Virus record (IMG/VR): IMGVR_UViG_3300037424_000830
Location: 1 to 64,000 of that record
Direction: 5' to 3' (one strand)
Length of the DNA stretch: 64,000 nucleotides
Origin: a virus
How positions within the stretch are numbered: position 1 is the stretch's first letter; the number at the start of each line of letters is the position of its first letter. Shown piece by piece: positions 45,093 to 54,513 of the stretch. Position numbers and translations under genes: made by a program. The notes beneath the pieces are model-generated. The model searched no databases, had not been told where the DNA came from, and saw nothing but the letters and a program-made list of their open reading frames with translations.

Positions 45093-45438
45093 TTTGTCCT
45101 CCATCTCCTGTAGCAAGCTGACTACGCTTCTGTAAACGCTCGGGTTGCCTTTCAACCATTTCATCATGGGTTTCAAGATCGAGGAGAAACGCAGCACATA
45201 TGATGTATATCGAGAGGTTGTTAAAGTCGTGAAGCCGTCGAATCTCCGAAGCCGAAGCACCCAAACACTTGGCTTGAAGGAGAAACTTCAAGAAATGGAA
45301 CGCCGACTGTTGGAAACTCCAAGCACTCCATACACCTCGTACAAAGGGGCTCGAGCTGTCTACACCACCATGCGGTTTGTAGATCAACTCTCCATTGTCG
45401 TGGAGGTAATACTGCGACTGAGGGTGTAAACTTGTCAT
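45079..45438 (-). CDS. Hypothetical protein
   Basis: 119 aa. No motif recognised. Competes with the long version of the SWIM ORF. Confidence 0.4.
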   Translation of the reverse strand: MTSLHPQSQYYLHDNGELIYKPHGGVDSSSPFVRGVWSAWSFQQSAFHFLKFLLQAKCLGASASEIRRLHDFNNLSIYIICAAFLLDLETHDEMVERQPERLQKRSQLATGDGGQNEPS

Positions 45439-45508
45439 TTGGTTGTCCTTCTTGATTTAAGCTGCAAGGTTTATACGGTCCCACGACTCCGTTTAATGCG
45501 CGGCCTCA

Positions 45509-46057
45509 TCATCCGCAGCAGTTTTTTGGGTGCCTAAGCTCATGACGCTTCTTGTCTGAACGTTTGTTACGTGCTTGTTCTTTCATTGTAGCCCAGCGAC
45601 ACTTTCCTGGGCCATAATTACTATCTGGATCCTTTCGATCGAGCGTGTGTTTCTTTGAAGGTGCTGGACCCATATCGGAGAGAAAACGTTCAAAGCCGTC
45701 GTAGGGAAGGGCTTCATCGGCTGTGGAGTCAAGCCATTCAGGATCCACTCTGATTCCTCGTCCTCCATAGTCCTTCCATGAGACGTGTTTAGGATTCGAA
45801 GTACGGACTTGCATCATACACCAGATACCATATTCACGTTTGAATGTTGTCCTATTGGATCTACGTTGGCAACCGCATGATGTTTTAGGGTTTGGACGAG
45901 TAAGGTAATTCTGGCGCAGAGTCTCTCGTGTACCGCATATACACTCGACGCGCCAGCGTTTGGTCTCGCATGCAGGTGTATACACAGATTGGATCACAGT
46001 AAAGAAGCCAATCTTGGCTCCTACATAAACCTTAGTTTGCTTTGGTGGTTGTTTCAT
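45509..46057 (-). CDS. Putative DNA-binding/HNH-like protein (YGGRGI motif family)
   Basis: REYGIWCMMQVRTSNPKHVSWKDYGGRGIRVDPEW...LDRKDPDSNYGPGKCRWAT resembles a phage family often annotated as HNH endonuclease-like. N-terminal Cys pairs. Confidence 0.45.
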   Translation of the reverse strand: MKQPPKQTKVYVGAKIGFFTVIQSVYTPACETKRWRVECICGTRETLRQNYLTRPNPKTSCGCQRRSNRTTFKREYGIWCMMQVRTSNPKHVSWKDYGGRGIRVDPEWLDSTADEALPYDGFERFLSDMGPAPSKKHTLDRKDPDSNYGPGKCRWATMKEQARNKRSDKKRHELRHPKNCCG

Positions 46058-46260
46058 TTGTCAACACGTATTTTAAGCTGCTCTTGAAGGTCAATCAACA
46101 TCTCTTCAATTGTAACTGCAACTTCCTTTGTACGAAGTGTTGTAGTCGAAGCGTTTATTATAGCGCGCATATTCGCTTGTGCCATCGCTACTGCACCGAA
46201 GAAGCCGTTATGTCGCCACCGTTTGAGGCGTCTTTCAAATTGTTCTGGTGTTTCTGGCAT
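46054..46260 (-). CDS. Hypothetical small protein
   Basis: 68 aa from ATG 46260, with an AAGGAG RBS. ATGA overlap with the downstream gene. Confidence 0.45.
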   Translation of the reverse strand: MPETPEQFERRLKRWRHNGFFGAVAMAQANMRAIINASTTTLRTKEVAVTIEEMLIDLQEQLKIRVDK

Positions 46261-46270
46261 TGCCAGCTCC

Positions 46271-46363
46271 TTATAGAGGGAGTATGAGCACGAGGATGTA
46301 GAGCCCAATAAGGAATCCGCATCCCCAGATGAAACCCATAAAGAAAGCTTTGAGGTAAACCAT
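46271..46363 (-). CDS. Possible 30-aa hydrophobic peptide (below the ORF-track cutoff)
   Basis: MVYLKAFFMGFIWGCGFLIGLYILVLILPL. ATG lies 2 nt after the upstream stop. GAGAGG 5 nt upstream. Confidence 0.3.
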   Translation of the reverse strand: MVYLKAFFMGFIWGCGFLIGLYILVLILPL

Positions 46364-46365
46364 GA

Positions 46366-46566
46366 CTACCTCTCGTGGCTTCGCACCGTAATGTTGGTAA
46401 CTTTGTTGGGTCCAAACAGTGGATCGCCTTTCCAGCCGTTCTCTTCTCTTGGAGGTTCAAGAGAACCTCCCCAAGAGCTGAGAGCTTCGTTGACAAACGA
46501 TTTCACCTGTTCGAGTGTGGGAGTGAAGTCTGGAACGTTGAGAGTGCAGTGGATACGGTATTTCAT
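46366..46566 (-). CDS. Hypothetical small protein
   Basis: 66 aa. First gene after promoter 46604-46640. Confidence 0.45.
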   Translation of the reverse strand: MKYRIHCTLNVPDFTPTLEQVKSFVNEALSSWGGSLEPPREENGWKGDPLFGPNKVTNITVRSHER

Positions 46567-46603
46567 GTTGGTTGCTCGCTAGTTGTTTTAGATTGCCTAT
46601 ATG

Positions 46604-46640
46604 ATTATATTATAGCAAAAATAGGAGTCAATCAAGAGTC
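46604..46640 (-). promoter_or_regulatory. Sigma70-like promoter, class I, with three GANTC sites and a 10-bp inverted repeat
   Basis: Minus strand reads GACTCTTGATTGACTCctatttttgcTATAATATAAT. The inverted repeat atcaagagtc (46631-40) / gactcttgat (46653-62) flanks it. Confidence 0.5.
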
Positions 46641-46678
46641 AAAATTATGGTCGACTCTTGATCTTGGTGTTGTCATTG

Positions 46679-47224
46679 CTATAACTCTTCTTTGACTCCT
46701 GGGAAGTGTGGAGAGTGTCCTGGTTTGAAGTGGTTGAAGAGCAGGTAGAAAACAGCATGACGTATGGCATCACGTCCATGCCGTATACTCGGAAAGTACC
46801 AGCCCCACTCTTGAAGCTTCTTGTCGGTACAGAACCCTTTAGCAACTTGAGCAGTTTGTTTGACATATACTATGCCTCGTTGAATACACAGTGTTTCGAT
46901 GCAGCCGATGACTCTTGGTGTGTGTAAACCACTCCACTTATGGTCATCAGCTTTCCACGCGTATATCCTGTAGTCCTCTATTACGACAACTTGTGGTGTG
47001 AAGACATCGAAGTACTCTGTTAGTGCTTTGACCGCTTTGTCCATATCATCAGTATCGAGGTGTCCAGCATGTTTAAGATTCGGAATCGAATCTAATGTCA
47101 TTGCATCTCTACCCATAGCACATGCACCTGTAGTTTCGCCTGGATCAAGCGCTGTAATTGAAAGGGGTAGACGTGCAATAACATCTGGCTTTTGGAAAGC
47201 TTTGAGAAGTCCTTCGAAGTCCAC
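46679..47224 (-). CDS. RuvC-like Holliday junction resolvase
   Basis: ITALDPGETTGA (first catalytic Asp), VVVIEDYRIY (Glu/Asp) and RHGRDAIRHA near the C-terminus. GTG start. Confidence 0.6.
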   Translation of the reverse strand: MDFEGLLKAFQKPDVIARLPLSITALDPGETTGACAMGRDAMTLDSIPNLKHAGHLDTDDMDKAVKALTEYFDVFTPQVVVIEDYRIYAWKADDHKWSGLHTPRVIGCIETLCIQRGIVYVKQTAQVAKGFCTDKKLQEWGWYFPSIRHGRDAIRHAVFYLLFNHFKPGHSPHFPGVKEEL

Positions 47225-47257
47225 GTTGGTTGACCTTATTACCTGGTTTGTTAATGT

Positions 47258-47291
47258 AAAAAAGGCGGATTACCTTTGACAGTAACCCGCC
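47258..47291 (-). terminator. Rho-independent terminator
   Basis: Minus strand reads GGCGGGTTACtgtcaaagGTAATCCGCC followed by TTTTTT. Lies downstream of stop 47350. Confidence 0.65.
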
Positions 47292-47349
47292 TCTACAACC
47301 AGTCACGCCGCGAGTCGCGCTGGAAGTATTCAGTTCCAGTTTGGTTCAG

Positions 47350-47739
47350 TTATGTCGTAACGCCGCCGGCGGGATTCGGAGGAGCTACGGGCGCAACTGC
47401 GGCGGCCGGCGCTTTGTCGGGACCACCGGGAACACCCTTGGTCGCAGCGAAGATGATCTGATAAGGAACTTTCTTGCCCGCGAACTCGGAGACTTCCTTG
47501 GTAATTTGGGACCTAGAAGCTTTCTCAGCCCAACGGCGCCGAATGTAGTCGATGCGCTTCTCCTGCTTCGTCGTTCCATCCGAATATTTCACCGTCAGAA
47601 GCTTGAAACGCTCGTCAGATGAAGCTCCAGTCGTTGGCACCACAGGAGTAGCTCCAGTCGAGGGAGTTGCAGGAGTGGCCGGCGTTGCGGGTTCGGTTCC
47701 AGATGCGGTATTTGATTCGTCACGTGGCGATTTTGCCAT
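47350..47739 (-). CDS. Hypothetical protein, Pro/Ala/Thr-rich ends and a basic core
   Basis: ATG 47739 follows GGAGGTTATT, a 20-nt initiation region identical to the gene at 4902. The core KRIDYIRRRWAEKASRSQITKEV may be DNA-binding. Confidence 0.5.
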   Translation of the reverse strand: MAKSPRDESNTASGTEPATPATPATPSTGATPVVPTTGASSDERFKLLTVKYSDGTTKQEKRIDYIRRRWAEKASRSQITKEVSEFAGKKVPYQIIFAATKGVPGGPDKAPAAAVAPVAPPNPAGGVTT

Positions 47740-47808
47740 AATAACCTCCATTGTTGATCAAGTAACTCCTCCAACCAAGGTATGGTGTGGATTCGTTATA
47801 CAAGATAT

Positions 47809-47837
47809 AATATATAGCATCACTCGAGAACCCTCAA
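47809..47837 (-). promoter_or_regulatory. Sigma70-like promoter, class II (TTGAGGGT-N-TATATT)
   Basis: Minus strand reads cgTTGAGGgttctcgagtgatgctaTATATT, with a 17-nt spacer. Confidence 0.5.
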
Positions 47838-47879
47838 CGATTATTTTGTGGTCGACACAAAGATTTTTTGCTGCTGTCG

Positions 47880-48341
47880 TTATCGCTTCTCCGCCTGTAG
47901 GTAGTTGACCAGTTGATGTTGGGTGCAGATTAGGGCGTCACACATTAGGTACATCAAGTCATAGTCATCGAGGGATATATCTGTCGGATAGTATATAATC
48001 GTTTTCTTACCTCGGCCAGAGCAATACCCAAGCTCGAGGTGTGCTGAACGTCCTCCAGGCATCTGAAGAATGCAGTAATCACACCAGTCAAGAGCTGCTT
48101 TGTCTCGCAGATATGCGCTTCGGACTTCTGGGTTAGTGTAGAGAGTTCTTGTGTATTCCTTGAATGTCCATTCCTTGTAATCCTTAGAGATCTGTTGCCA
48201 TTTGAATCCATCGACTTGCCATGGGCCAGAGTTAGGATTGGTAAAATCATAAACTTGGTGGTTATCGTCACGAAGAGCACTAACGGTCTTCGCGATTGCA
48301 TCGACATTCTTCCACGACGACGCTAAGTAAATACGTGCCAT
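47880..48341 (-). CDS. Nucleoside 2-deoxyribosyltransferase-like protein
   Basis: IYLASSW...DWCDYCILQMPGGRSAHLELGYCSGRGKKTIIY resembles the NDT/DNPH1-like fold (Rossmannoid, GS..ElG). ATG 48341 after AGGAGG. Confidence 0.5.
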   Translation of the reverse strand: MARIYLASSWKNVDAIAKTVSALRDDNHQVYDFTNPNSGPWQVDGFKWQQISKDYKEWTFKEYTRTLYTNPEVRSAYLRDKAALDWCDYCILQMPGGRSAHLELGYCSGRGKKTIIYYPTDISLDDYDLMYLMCDALICTQHQLVNYLQAEKR

Positions 48342-48363
48342 GCTAATTCTAAGCCTCCTGTTA

Positions 48364-50874
48364 TCACTGTGAAGTCGGTTGTGTAGCCTTGGTGGATCTG
48401 ATAATGTACATTTGTCTGTTGGCGTATTTTCGAGCTTCGTGGATCCCCGCAACAGATGCTATCATGTGTTTGTGCATCTGCATGTATCTCCCAAGCCTAC
48501 GAGCGTTAACAAGTTGAATACACTCTTTGTAGTCATCTTCTGTTGAAGCCCACGATGCAATATCAGCAGCGGTGAACTCGGGGATGTCGACTATCCTCTT
48601 GTAAGGTGTTGAAGCAGCCTCAACGTATGCTCTTATCCCCTCGAACGCCCAATCAGCTTCGGTTACATGTGCGTTTGTGGTAGTAACAAGGTGTTGAGGG
48701 ATCCACGATGTGTCGATACCAAATACGCTTTGGCCAACAATCATGAGGATCTGTTCAAGGTTGATCAGACGATGCGTGGCTCTATAAGTTGTGCTCCACA
48801 TAGTGTCTGCAGCTTTGAAAAAGCGTTCCAACACATATAGGTGATGTGCCATCCACCCAATGCGTCCACCAAACTTCTCCAGCTGCCTAAAGCGCCATCG
48901 GGAGTCATAGGTGATCTGACTTTGACCAAGATCGAAACCATTGATGTTAGCTTGGGTTTGGGTTTGGGCTTGAAGAAAAGATGAAGGAGCTTTGTCAAAG
49001 TCCAAGATGATGGCACGTTGGAGCAAGTCAGCATTGATAAATGGTTGCTTGATCGCCGTAAATGCAAAGACGGCGTTCACTGGGATCTGAATGAGGTCTG
49101 TGTTGGTATAATATTTACGCATTTCAACATGCGGGTCTGGTTCAGTAATTAAACGACAGATCTCGTCTGACAATCTTTGCTGCATTTGTTTGTCAATTAG
49201 CTGGACATTATCTGTGACATGTAGACCACCGGTGTTTACAACGCTGGCATGCCAATCCTTTAAGTCCTGTGGTGCATTGCGTAGAGTAGCTATGCCTGTA
49301 AGAATATCGAGCCTCAACTCCATCAAGGTTGATTTACCAGAACCCGACTCACCTATAATAAGCTCTACAGGTAGTTGGGTACCACGCCATCTGAATAGCC
49401 AAGGCGAAATGTAGTATAACAGTGAGTTGAGGATTGCAGAGTTCCCATGGTCTTTTAGACGGACTTCTCGCAAAACCTCAGCCCACTGATTTGGTACGGG
49501 CTTATTATGCCACAATTTAGAGATACGCTCATACTCAGCTAGCAGTTCAGAAGCATCTAGAGGGCTTACAACTTCAGACTCGAACAAGATCCCTTCAGAA
49601 CCGTTATCGAACACTTCTAAACCGTCCTTTGAAACCTTGACGAACTGGCTGTCATTGATCTGGTAGTTAACGAAGTCGTCTTCGAATTTGTCACGAGCAA
49701 AAACTCTGTGTGGTGTAACATTATCGATAGGATCTTCTGCTGCGAACTGCGCGCCTATCCATTGCATCAGGCGGGCATCCGCCGAAGGCGAGATTCCGAA
49801 GTCGTTATAAAGCAACTTACCGAATATAGTCTCCTGGAGCTGTTCACGTGTTGCAATGTTTACAGGAGCCTTCATTAGCTTGTTAACATCATTGTCGAAG
49901 TAGTACATTTGTCCCGCATCGACAGAAAACATACGTTGACCCTTGGCATCAAGCTCTGAAATCACTGCTAATGACAGGGCTTGCATATCCTTACGCGTGA
50001 GTCTTGTGTTCTGGAGCTTCTTGTTGACAAACTCTCTTACGTTCGGATTACGTGGGAATGCCTTACGCTTCTCCATCACTACTTTAATCAGGTTGTGGAA
50101 TGCTACAGATCCCTGTGGTATATACGTGATGTAGTCATCGATTGATGATTTGTCTAGACCTTCGATTGGTGGAAGTACGAGCTGTCTGATTTGGTGGATC
50201 TTGAAGCCCCTAAAGCGGAGCTCATACGCAAGCCTACTAGCAGCGCGTTGTACTTCAGGCTTGACTCCAATAGCTCTGTCGGAGTCATATGTGATGATGA
50301 AAGTAGCTTTGAAAGTCATTGCAAAGTCTAGCAGCTCTTGGAATCCTCTTGCAAGGGGTGAAGCATCGAAAGACTCGCGATCATGAGCGTTGTCTGGTAC
50401 CCTAATGTTAAGTGTTTTGCGGTCACCACTTAGTTGGTTAGAAGTGATCTCAGCATCGCCCGGAATTGTAATGAGTTTGTTTTGCCAAGAATCCACACCG
50501 CCAAACGCGATTGTCGGGATTCCAATCTTACATGCGCATGCAGCTTTCTTCTCACCTTCGGTAATAACAATGTACTTCCCGTCTTTGGGTAGCGCTACGA
50601 AGCTTGCTAGAAAGTTAAGTGGGAAGTAAACATGATTGGGAGAGTTCTTGACTTGTTTATATTTAGGCTTGTAGTCAAATAGCTTTGCTCTGAAATACGG
50701 AATTGGTTGCCCATGCAAATCAAAGTAAGGGATTACATAGCCTTCAATTGCTGGAGGTATGTTACAGGAAGCACGCTCGGGACTCTCTAGAAATCGAGCC
50801 CTCATGTCTTGGATCTCGAGGCCAGACTTCTTCAGGTCTGATTCAATTAGCGAAATTTGCTCTGTCGTCGACAT
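48364..50874 (-). CDS. Toprim-type primase fused to a P-loop NTPase (putative primase/helicase)
   Basis: N-terminal IVITEGEKKAACACKIGIPTIAFGGVDSW (Toprim-like EGE.K). Central Walker A IIGESGSGKSTL. Confidence 0.6.
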   Translation of the reverse strand: MSTTEQISLIESDLKKSGLEIQDMRARFLESPERASCNIPPAIEGYVIPYFDLHGQPIPYFRAKLFDYKPKYKQVKNSPNHVYFPLNFLASFVALPKDGKYIVITEGEKKAACACKIGIPTIAFGGVDSWQNKLITIPGDAEITSNQLSGDRKTLNIRVPDNAHDRESFDASPLARGFQELLDFAMTFKATFIITYDSDRAIGVKPEVQRAASRLAYELRFRGFKIHQIRQLVLPPIEGLDKSSIDDYITYIPQGSVAFHNLIKVVMEKRKAFPRNPNVREFVNKKLQNTRLTRKDMQALSLAVISELDAKGQRMFSVDAGQMYYFDNDVNKLMKAPVNIATREQLQETIFGKLLYNDFGISPSADARLMQWIGAQFAAEDPIDNVTPHRVFARDKFEDDFVNYQINDSQFVKVSKDGLEVFDNGSEGILFESEVVSPLDASELLAEYERISKLWHNKPVPNQWAEVLREVRLKDHGNSAILNSLLYYISPWLFRWRGTQLPVELIIGESGSGKSTLMELRLDILTGIATLRNAPQDLKDWHASVVNTGGLHVTDNVQLIDKQMQQRLSDEICRLITEPDPHVEMRKYYTNTDLIQIPVNAVFAFTAIKQPFINADLLQRAIILDFDKAPSSFLQAQTQTQANINGFDLGQSQITYDSRWRFRQLEKFGGRIGWMAHHLYVLERFFKAADTMWSTTYRATHRLINLEQILMIVGQSVFGIDTSWIPQHLVTTTNAHVTEADWAFEGIRAYVEAASTPYKRIVDIPEFTAADIASWASTEDDYKECIQLVNARRLGRYMQMHKHMIASVAGIHEARKYANRQMYIIRSTKATQPTSQ

Positions 50875-50935
50875 TCAACCCCGTCCACTTTGTCAACTGG
50901 CCAACTAGCTCGTAACTTGGGCTCGTAACCAGGGC

Positions 50936-51301
50936 TCAGAAGGAGCTGGGTAGTATTTGAGTACCTGTTACGTCCGTACTTCCGTCTTCGACAAACTTTG
51001 CAGGAGTCAGAGACAAGATGGTGTACAGCTTGTTGCGATGACCGACAGATTCGATGTTGATAAACTCACGAGATACAACATCAGCCTTGATGAGTTCCTC
51101 AAGAACAGGGTTCCACAATCTCGAAGGAATGTAAGGTCCAATACCCATTCCAAGCATTGTCGGGTTGAGTTTGGGATACACAGACAATGTGTGGATAATC
51201 CTCTCACGGATCTCGTCTTTGCCGATGTGATCGTAAGACATATCACCACGATTGACTCTATAGCGATTGTCCTGAGTTGCATTTGTGTTTGAATCAGTCA
51301 T
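50936..51301 (-). CDS. Hypothetical protein
   Basis: 121 aa. Overlaps the upstream membrane protein gene by 8 nt. Confidence 0.45.
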   Translation of the reverse strand: MTDSNTNATQDNRYRVNRGDMSYDHIGKDEIRERIIHTLSVYPKLNPTMLGMGIGPYIPSRLWNPVLEELIKADVVSREFINIESVGHRNKLYTILSLTPAKFVEDGSTDVTGTQILPSSF

Positions 51302-51557
51302 TGTTTAACCCTTCATGTTGTTTAGCACGACGTTTGTAATCACTATAAATGAGCATTGGGACGCCTATAGGCCATACCAAACTACTCAGAAATAACCCGA
51401 AATAGGCGAATATTGCAATCTTGAATGCTGTAACACCGCGCTTGATATCCCTTAGTCCAAGATGAACTACCCATATTCCCCCGTAAAATGTAACAGCTAC
51501 ACCATCAATGTAGAGTTGCAGTAGTCTTTCAAGCCAAATGTTCCAACTAGCAGTCAT
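51294..51557 (-). CDS. Small membrane protein
   Basis: 87 aa with two or three hydrophobic segments (VAVTFYGGIWVVHLGL, IAIFAYFGLFLSSLVWPIGVPMLIY). Confidence 0.5.
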   Translation of the reverse strand: MTASWNIWLERLLQLYIDGVAVTFYGGIWVVHLGLRDIKRGVTAFKIAIFAYFGLFLSSLVWPIGVPMLIYSDYKRRAKQHEGLNND

Positions 51558-51694
51558 TGGCTACCTTTTCCATCTATAAACAGCGTCAAAGCTGCCGTTA
51601 TGGAGCCCGCAACGAACATCGCGAAAAAGGGACCGCTATCGACGAACACTAGCCCGCAGACAATCCCAATCAACAATGATCGTGTCGCTGTCAT
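51554..51694 (-). CDS. Small membrane protein (below the ORF-track cutoff)
   Basis: 46 aa: MTATRSLLIGIVCGLVFVDSGPFFAMFVAGSITAALTLFIDGKGSQ. ATGA overlap with the next gene. Confidence 0.45.
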   Translation of the reverse strand: MTATRSLLIGIVCGLVFVDSGPFFAMFVAGSITAALTLFIDGKGSQ

Positions 51695-51708
51695 CGCCTG
51701 TTGCTTGT

Positions 51709-52122
51709 CTACTTGTTGGCTTTCACAGACACTTTGAAGCCTTTGCCTTCGGTAGCTTTAAGATGGTCTGCCCACCATTCGAGACCCATCTCACCTTTCA
51801 CCCTCTCTTGGTCAAGTACCATCGAACCGTAAGGTTCGACAATGACTTTGAACTTCGCTTCGGGCCAGGAGAACTCTCCGAACGGGGCAACATCTTCGGA
51901 ATGCACTTTGGGAAGCTTTGCCAGTAAGGCTGCTGTGTAAAGGCCTTCATACTTTTTCAAAGCCTTCAAACGGTTCTTGATCTTCCCAAGCTCGTCCGTG
52001 AGGAAAAGGGGTGTTGCGTTCCCGAAGTTGGGAACGACAAACTTTGGGTCCTCCATCTCCTCTGTTTCAGGATCATTCGGAAGACTTGGGTTTGGATTTG
52101 GGTCGTTTTGGGTTGTGTTCAT
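51709..52122 (-). CDS. Hypothetical protein
   Basis: 137 aa from ATG 52122, with GAGGA 7 nt upstream. Acidic Pro/Asn-rich N-terminus. Confidence 0.45.
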   Translation of the reverse strand: MNTTQNDPNPNPSLPNDPETEEMEDPKFVVPNFGNATPLFLTDELGKIKNRLKALKKYEGLYTAALLAKLPKVHSEDVAPFGEFSWPEAKFKVIVEPYGSMVLDQERVKGEMGLEWWADHLKATEGKGFKVSVKANK

Positions 52123-52339
52123 AGTTGATCCTCGGGAGTTTATAGCCGTACTTACGTTTTTCCTCAATGTTTCTCAGACGGTAGTAAGTACTCCTACCCA
52201 TTCCAAGAATTATCGCAATTTGTGTCGTTGACATCGATTGTGACAATTTAAGTTCCGCAAGATGAATAACGTCCAAGATGATATCATCCATCTTGCGGAA
52301 GTGGCCTCCTACTGTAACTGGCACTCGATGATCTTTCAT
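52073..52339 (-). CDS. Small HTH DNA-binding protein
   Basis: SMSTTQIAIILGMGRSTYYRLRN is a resolvase/sigma-r4-type helix-turn-helix. Confidence 0.5.
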   Translation of the reverse strand: MKDHRVPVTVGGHFRKMDDIILDVIHLAELKLSQSMSTTQIAIILGMGRSTYYRLRNIEEKRKYGYKLPRINYEHNPKRPKSKPKSSE

Positions 52340-52354
52340 TGTTTCAGGTTGACT

Positions 52355-53338
52355 CTAGTCGTGACGTAATCCTTTGAAGATTGGAAAGCGTGGTGCATCT
52401 TTGGAGCCGTGCTGTTGGTACTTGAAGGTCACAACTCTCCCAATCATGTCCGATAACCAGAATTTGCTGCGTGTTGAAGAGTCGAACCCCGAACCAATAT
52501 CGACTTCACAACCTTCGAATGGACCAGTAAGTACCCTTACTTTTAGAGCTCCAAGAGTGCCGCCTGGAACAAGGTTTTCCTGATTTGTTGCCCGTTTGGC
52601 GAGCCCAAAATTGTTCAATTCTTGCTTGTTGTTGTTATGCATGAGTTCAATCACACCAATGATTTCACCCTCAGCATCAGTCATTCGCTTAATCTTACCA
52701 AGGTAAAGCTCTTTCAATGTTGAACGGCCGTACTTGTAACGATCGAATGATCGTCGGATCATAATTCCTTCATAACCCATCGAGAGACACTTCTCCTCGT
52801 ACTCTAACACCTCATCAACAGTTGTTACCCAAGGACTGTTGATGGCAATAACATTTACATAATTGCTGTAACCCCGCACTTCGATTTCATCTCTCAATTG
52901 GTCAACAAACCTTTTAGCAGATTGTAGTCGGAGGGCATAAAGATCGTCTGGCATAATAAAACTATCGAAAGCTACGTAGGTAAAGGATGTAATGTAGTCA
53001 AAAGGGTGATGAGTCATTACTGCCGATTGAGTAATGCTAAAGACATCCGCCGCAGTTGGTTCGCCCACGAGAATCTCGCCATCGAGATACTTTCCTGCAG
53101 AGTGTCCGAGAATCCAACGGATAAACTCGTTGTTAACGGGCTTCAAAGAACGTGTTACTGGACCCTTTGTCGGATGACACAGCACTCTGATACCATCATA
53201 CTTTGGTGACAAGTAGAGTGGAGTAATGCTATCACCGTAACGAGAAGGACGAAAAGCTTTCTCCAGATCAGTGTTGTCATCGCTGTCACAAACTGTTGCA
53301 GCAAGCATTGGTCGAAACTTTGGATCAGCTGTTAGCAT
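52355..53338 (-). CDS. ATP-dependent DNA ligase
   Basis: Adenylation motif I LSPKYDGIRV (KxDG). Further blocks EGIMIR and a C-terminal OB-like part. Confidence 0.7.
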   Translation of the reverse strand: MLTADPKFRPMLAATVCDSDDNTDLEKAFRPSRYGDSITPLYLSPKYDGIRVLCHPTKGPVTRSLKPVNNEFIRWILGHSAGKYLDGEILVGEPTAADVFSITQSAVMTHHPFDYITSFTYVAFDSFIMPDDLYALRLQSAKRFVDQLRDEIEVRGYSNYVNVIAINSPWVTTVDEVLEYEEKCLSMGYEGIMIRRSFDRYKYGRSTLKELYLGKIKRMTDAEGEIIGVIELMHNNNKQELNNFGLAKRATNQENLVPGGTLGALKVRVLTGPFEGCEVDIGSGFDSSTRSKFWLSDMIGRVVTFKYQQHGSKDAPRFPIFKGLRHD

Positions 53339-53591
53339 CGTCTTCCGGCTCCCTTGGTGTTGGTTCTTCTGATGTTGGTGAAGCGTTCTTCGCTGCTTTG
53401 AGCGCTCTTTGACGTTCTAACATTTCATCGACTGAAAGAACGAGCTTAGCAGTCTTCTTCATTCTCGGTTCTTGACTTTGAAGACGGTGCTCGTTAGAGT
53501 CGTACCTCACTTGAAGCTTTGTTTTTGCCTTCATGTTACGAGGGTTCTTAGTAACGTCTTCTACGCGCCTCCGTGTCATCGTCTTATCCAA
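53325..53591 (-). CDS. Hypothetical basic protein
   Basis: 88 aa, Lys/Arg-rich. First gene after promoter 53632-53665. Confidence 0.45.
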   Translation of the reverse strand: MDKTMTRRRVEDVTKNPRNMKAKTKLQVRYDSNEHRLQSQEPRMKKTAKLVLSVDEMLERQRALKAAKNASPTSEEPTPREPEDDANS

Positions 53592-53631
53592 CTCTTACCC
53601 TTTGTTATTCTGAGCTCCAATTAACTCATTC

Positions 53632-53665
53632 ATTATAATGTATCTTAAGAGGTAAATCAAGAGTC
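53632..53665 (-). promoter_or_regulatory. Sigma70-like promoter, class I
   Basis: Minus strand reads aaGGACTCTTGATTtacctcttaagatacatTATAAT, with a 17-nt spacer. Confidence 0.6.
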
Positions 53666-53699
53666 CTTCGTTAATGCGACGATTAAATTCAATTTAGGT

Positions 53700-53730
53700 A
53701 ACAGAATAAGGTGCTCCGAAGAACACCTTA
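53700..53730 (-). terminator. Terminator hairpin with a UUCG tetraloop
   Basis: Minus strand reads TAAGGTGtTC-TTCG-GAgCACCTTA followed by TTCTGTT. Lies downstream of stop 53752. Confidence 0.5.
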
Positions 53731-53751
53731 CTTGTTGGTTGAAATGCGGTT

Positions 53752-53961
53752 TCAAACTGTTGGTATCGTGTGTGATACAGTAACCGCAATGCGTTCGGGT
53801 GGTTTGCCTGCAAACGCACTTTTGCGGACATATAGCGCACCGATCATCGACTTACGATAATCGTTGATAGCGTCACCATTGATGCCAAGCTCTTCGTAGA
53901 GCATTGCACCTTTGGTTTCACGTTTGGCTGCGAAGATAACGGTGAACAAAGTTGTAGACAT
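53752..53961 (-). CDS. Hypothetical small protein
   Basis: 69 aa from ATG 53961, with an AAGGAA RBS. Confidence 0.45.
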   Translation of the reverse strand: MSTTLFTVIFAAKRETKGAMLYEELGINGDAINDYRKSMIGALYVRKSAFAGKPPERIAVTVSHTIPTV

Positions 53962-54025
53962 TGGGTATTCCTTTTCAGATGGTTTGGTTTCAAATGGTAA
54001 GCACTGCACTACTCACGTTAGTCAA

Positions 54026-54229
54026 CTACTCGCGAAATATTCGGTCTTGGCACCCCTGACACATGCCGCTGATTTCGTATTCGCGTTCGGAGAGACGATC
54101 TCTGAACCCTCCGATAGGATTGCTGCATAGAGGACACCTGTGTTCCGCAATCGCTTTCGCTGTTCCAGGAAAGAGGCTCTCGATAGCATCTTTCATCTCC
54201 TGCGTCTTCTCTGACATTGGTGTTTTCAT
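54026..54229 (-). CDS. Small zinc-ribbon protein
   Basis: 67 aa with CPLC...CQGC. GAGGAGGCTATT before ATG 54229. Confidence 0.5.
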   Translation of the reverse strand: MKTPMSEKTQEMKDAIESLFPGTAKAIAEHRCPLCSNPIGGFRDRLSEREYEISGMCQGCQDRIFRE

Positions 54230-54239
54230 AATAGCCTCC

Positions 54240-54485
54240 TCAGTTTGGTTCAACGGTGATTTTGGAGTCGAGCTTCTTGACAACACGCTCGACTTCGGTG
54301 TTGAGAACCTTGAAGTAGTTCTCATACTCAGGCGTCTCCTCGTTTCGTTCGTCAAGAAGGAAGAGCTCGTCGATTCCAAGCGCTGGTCGAACGTACTCGA
54401 TAACCATCGAGCAGATACTGTCGTATGCGATCGTTGCAAGGGTTTCAACAGCTGTTTCAGTCAATGAAAATTCTTTCGTTGTCAT
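54240..54485 (-). CDS. Hypothetical small acidic protein
   Basis: 81 aa from ATG 54485, with an AAGGAG RBS. It loosely resembles the paralog pair at 58437 and 58937 (TIAYDSIC versus DTICD/DTICE). Confidence 0.45.
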   Translation of the reverse strand: MTTKEFSLTETAVETLATIAYDSICSMVIEYVRPALGIDELFLLDERNEETPEYENYFKVLNTEVERVVKKLDSKITVEPN

Positions 54486-54513
54486 GGTAGGCTCCTTAGT
54501 AAGTTGGTTGACA

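Noticed and set aside
46657-46685. Plus-strand promoter-like TTGATC-N17-TATAAC reading antisense into the RuvC-like gene
   Set aside because: It arises from the inverted copy of the class I box. The -10 is weak (TATAAC) and there is no downstream plus-strand ORF. It might drive an antisense RNA, but the evidence is too thin.
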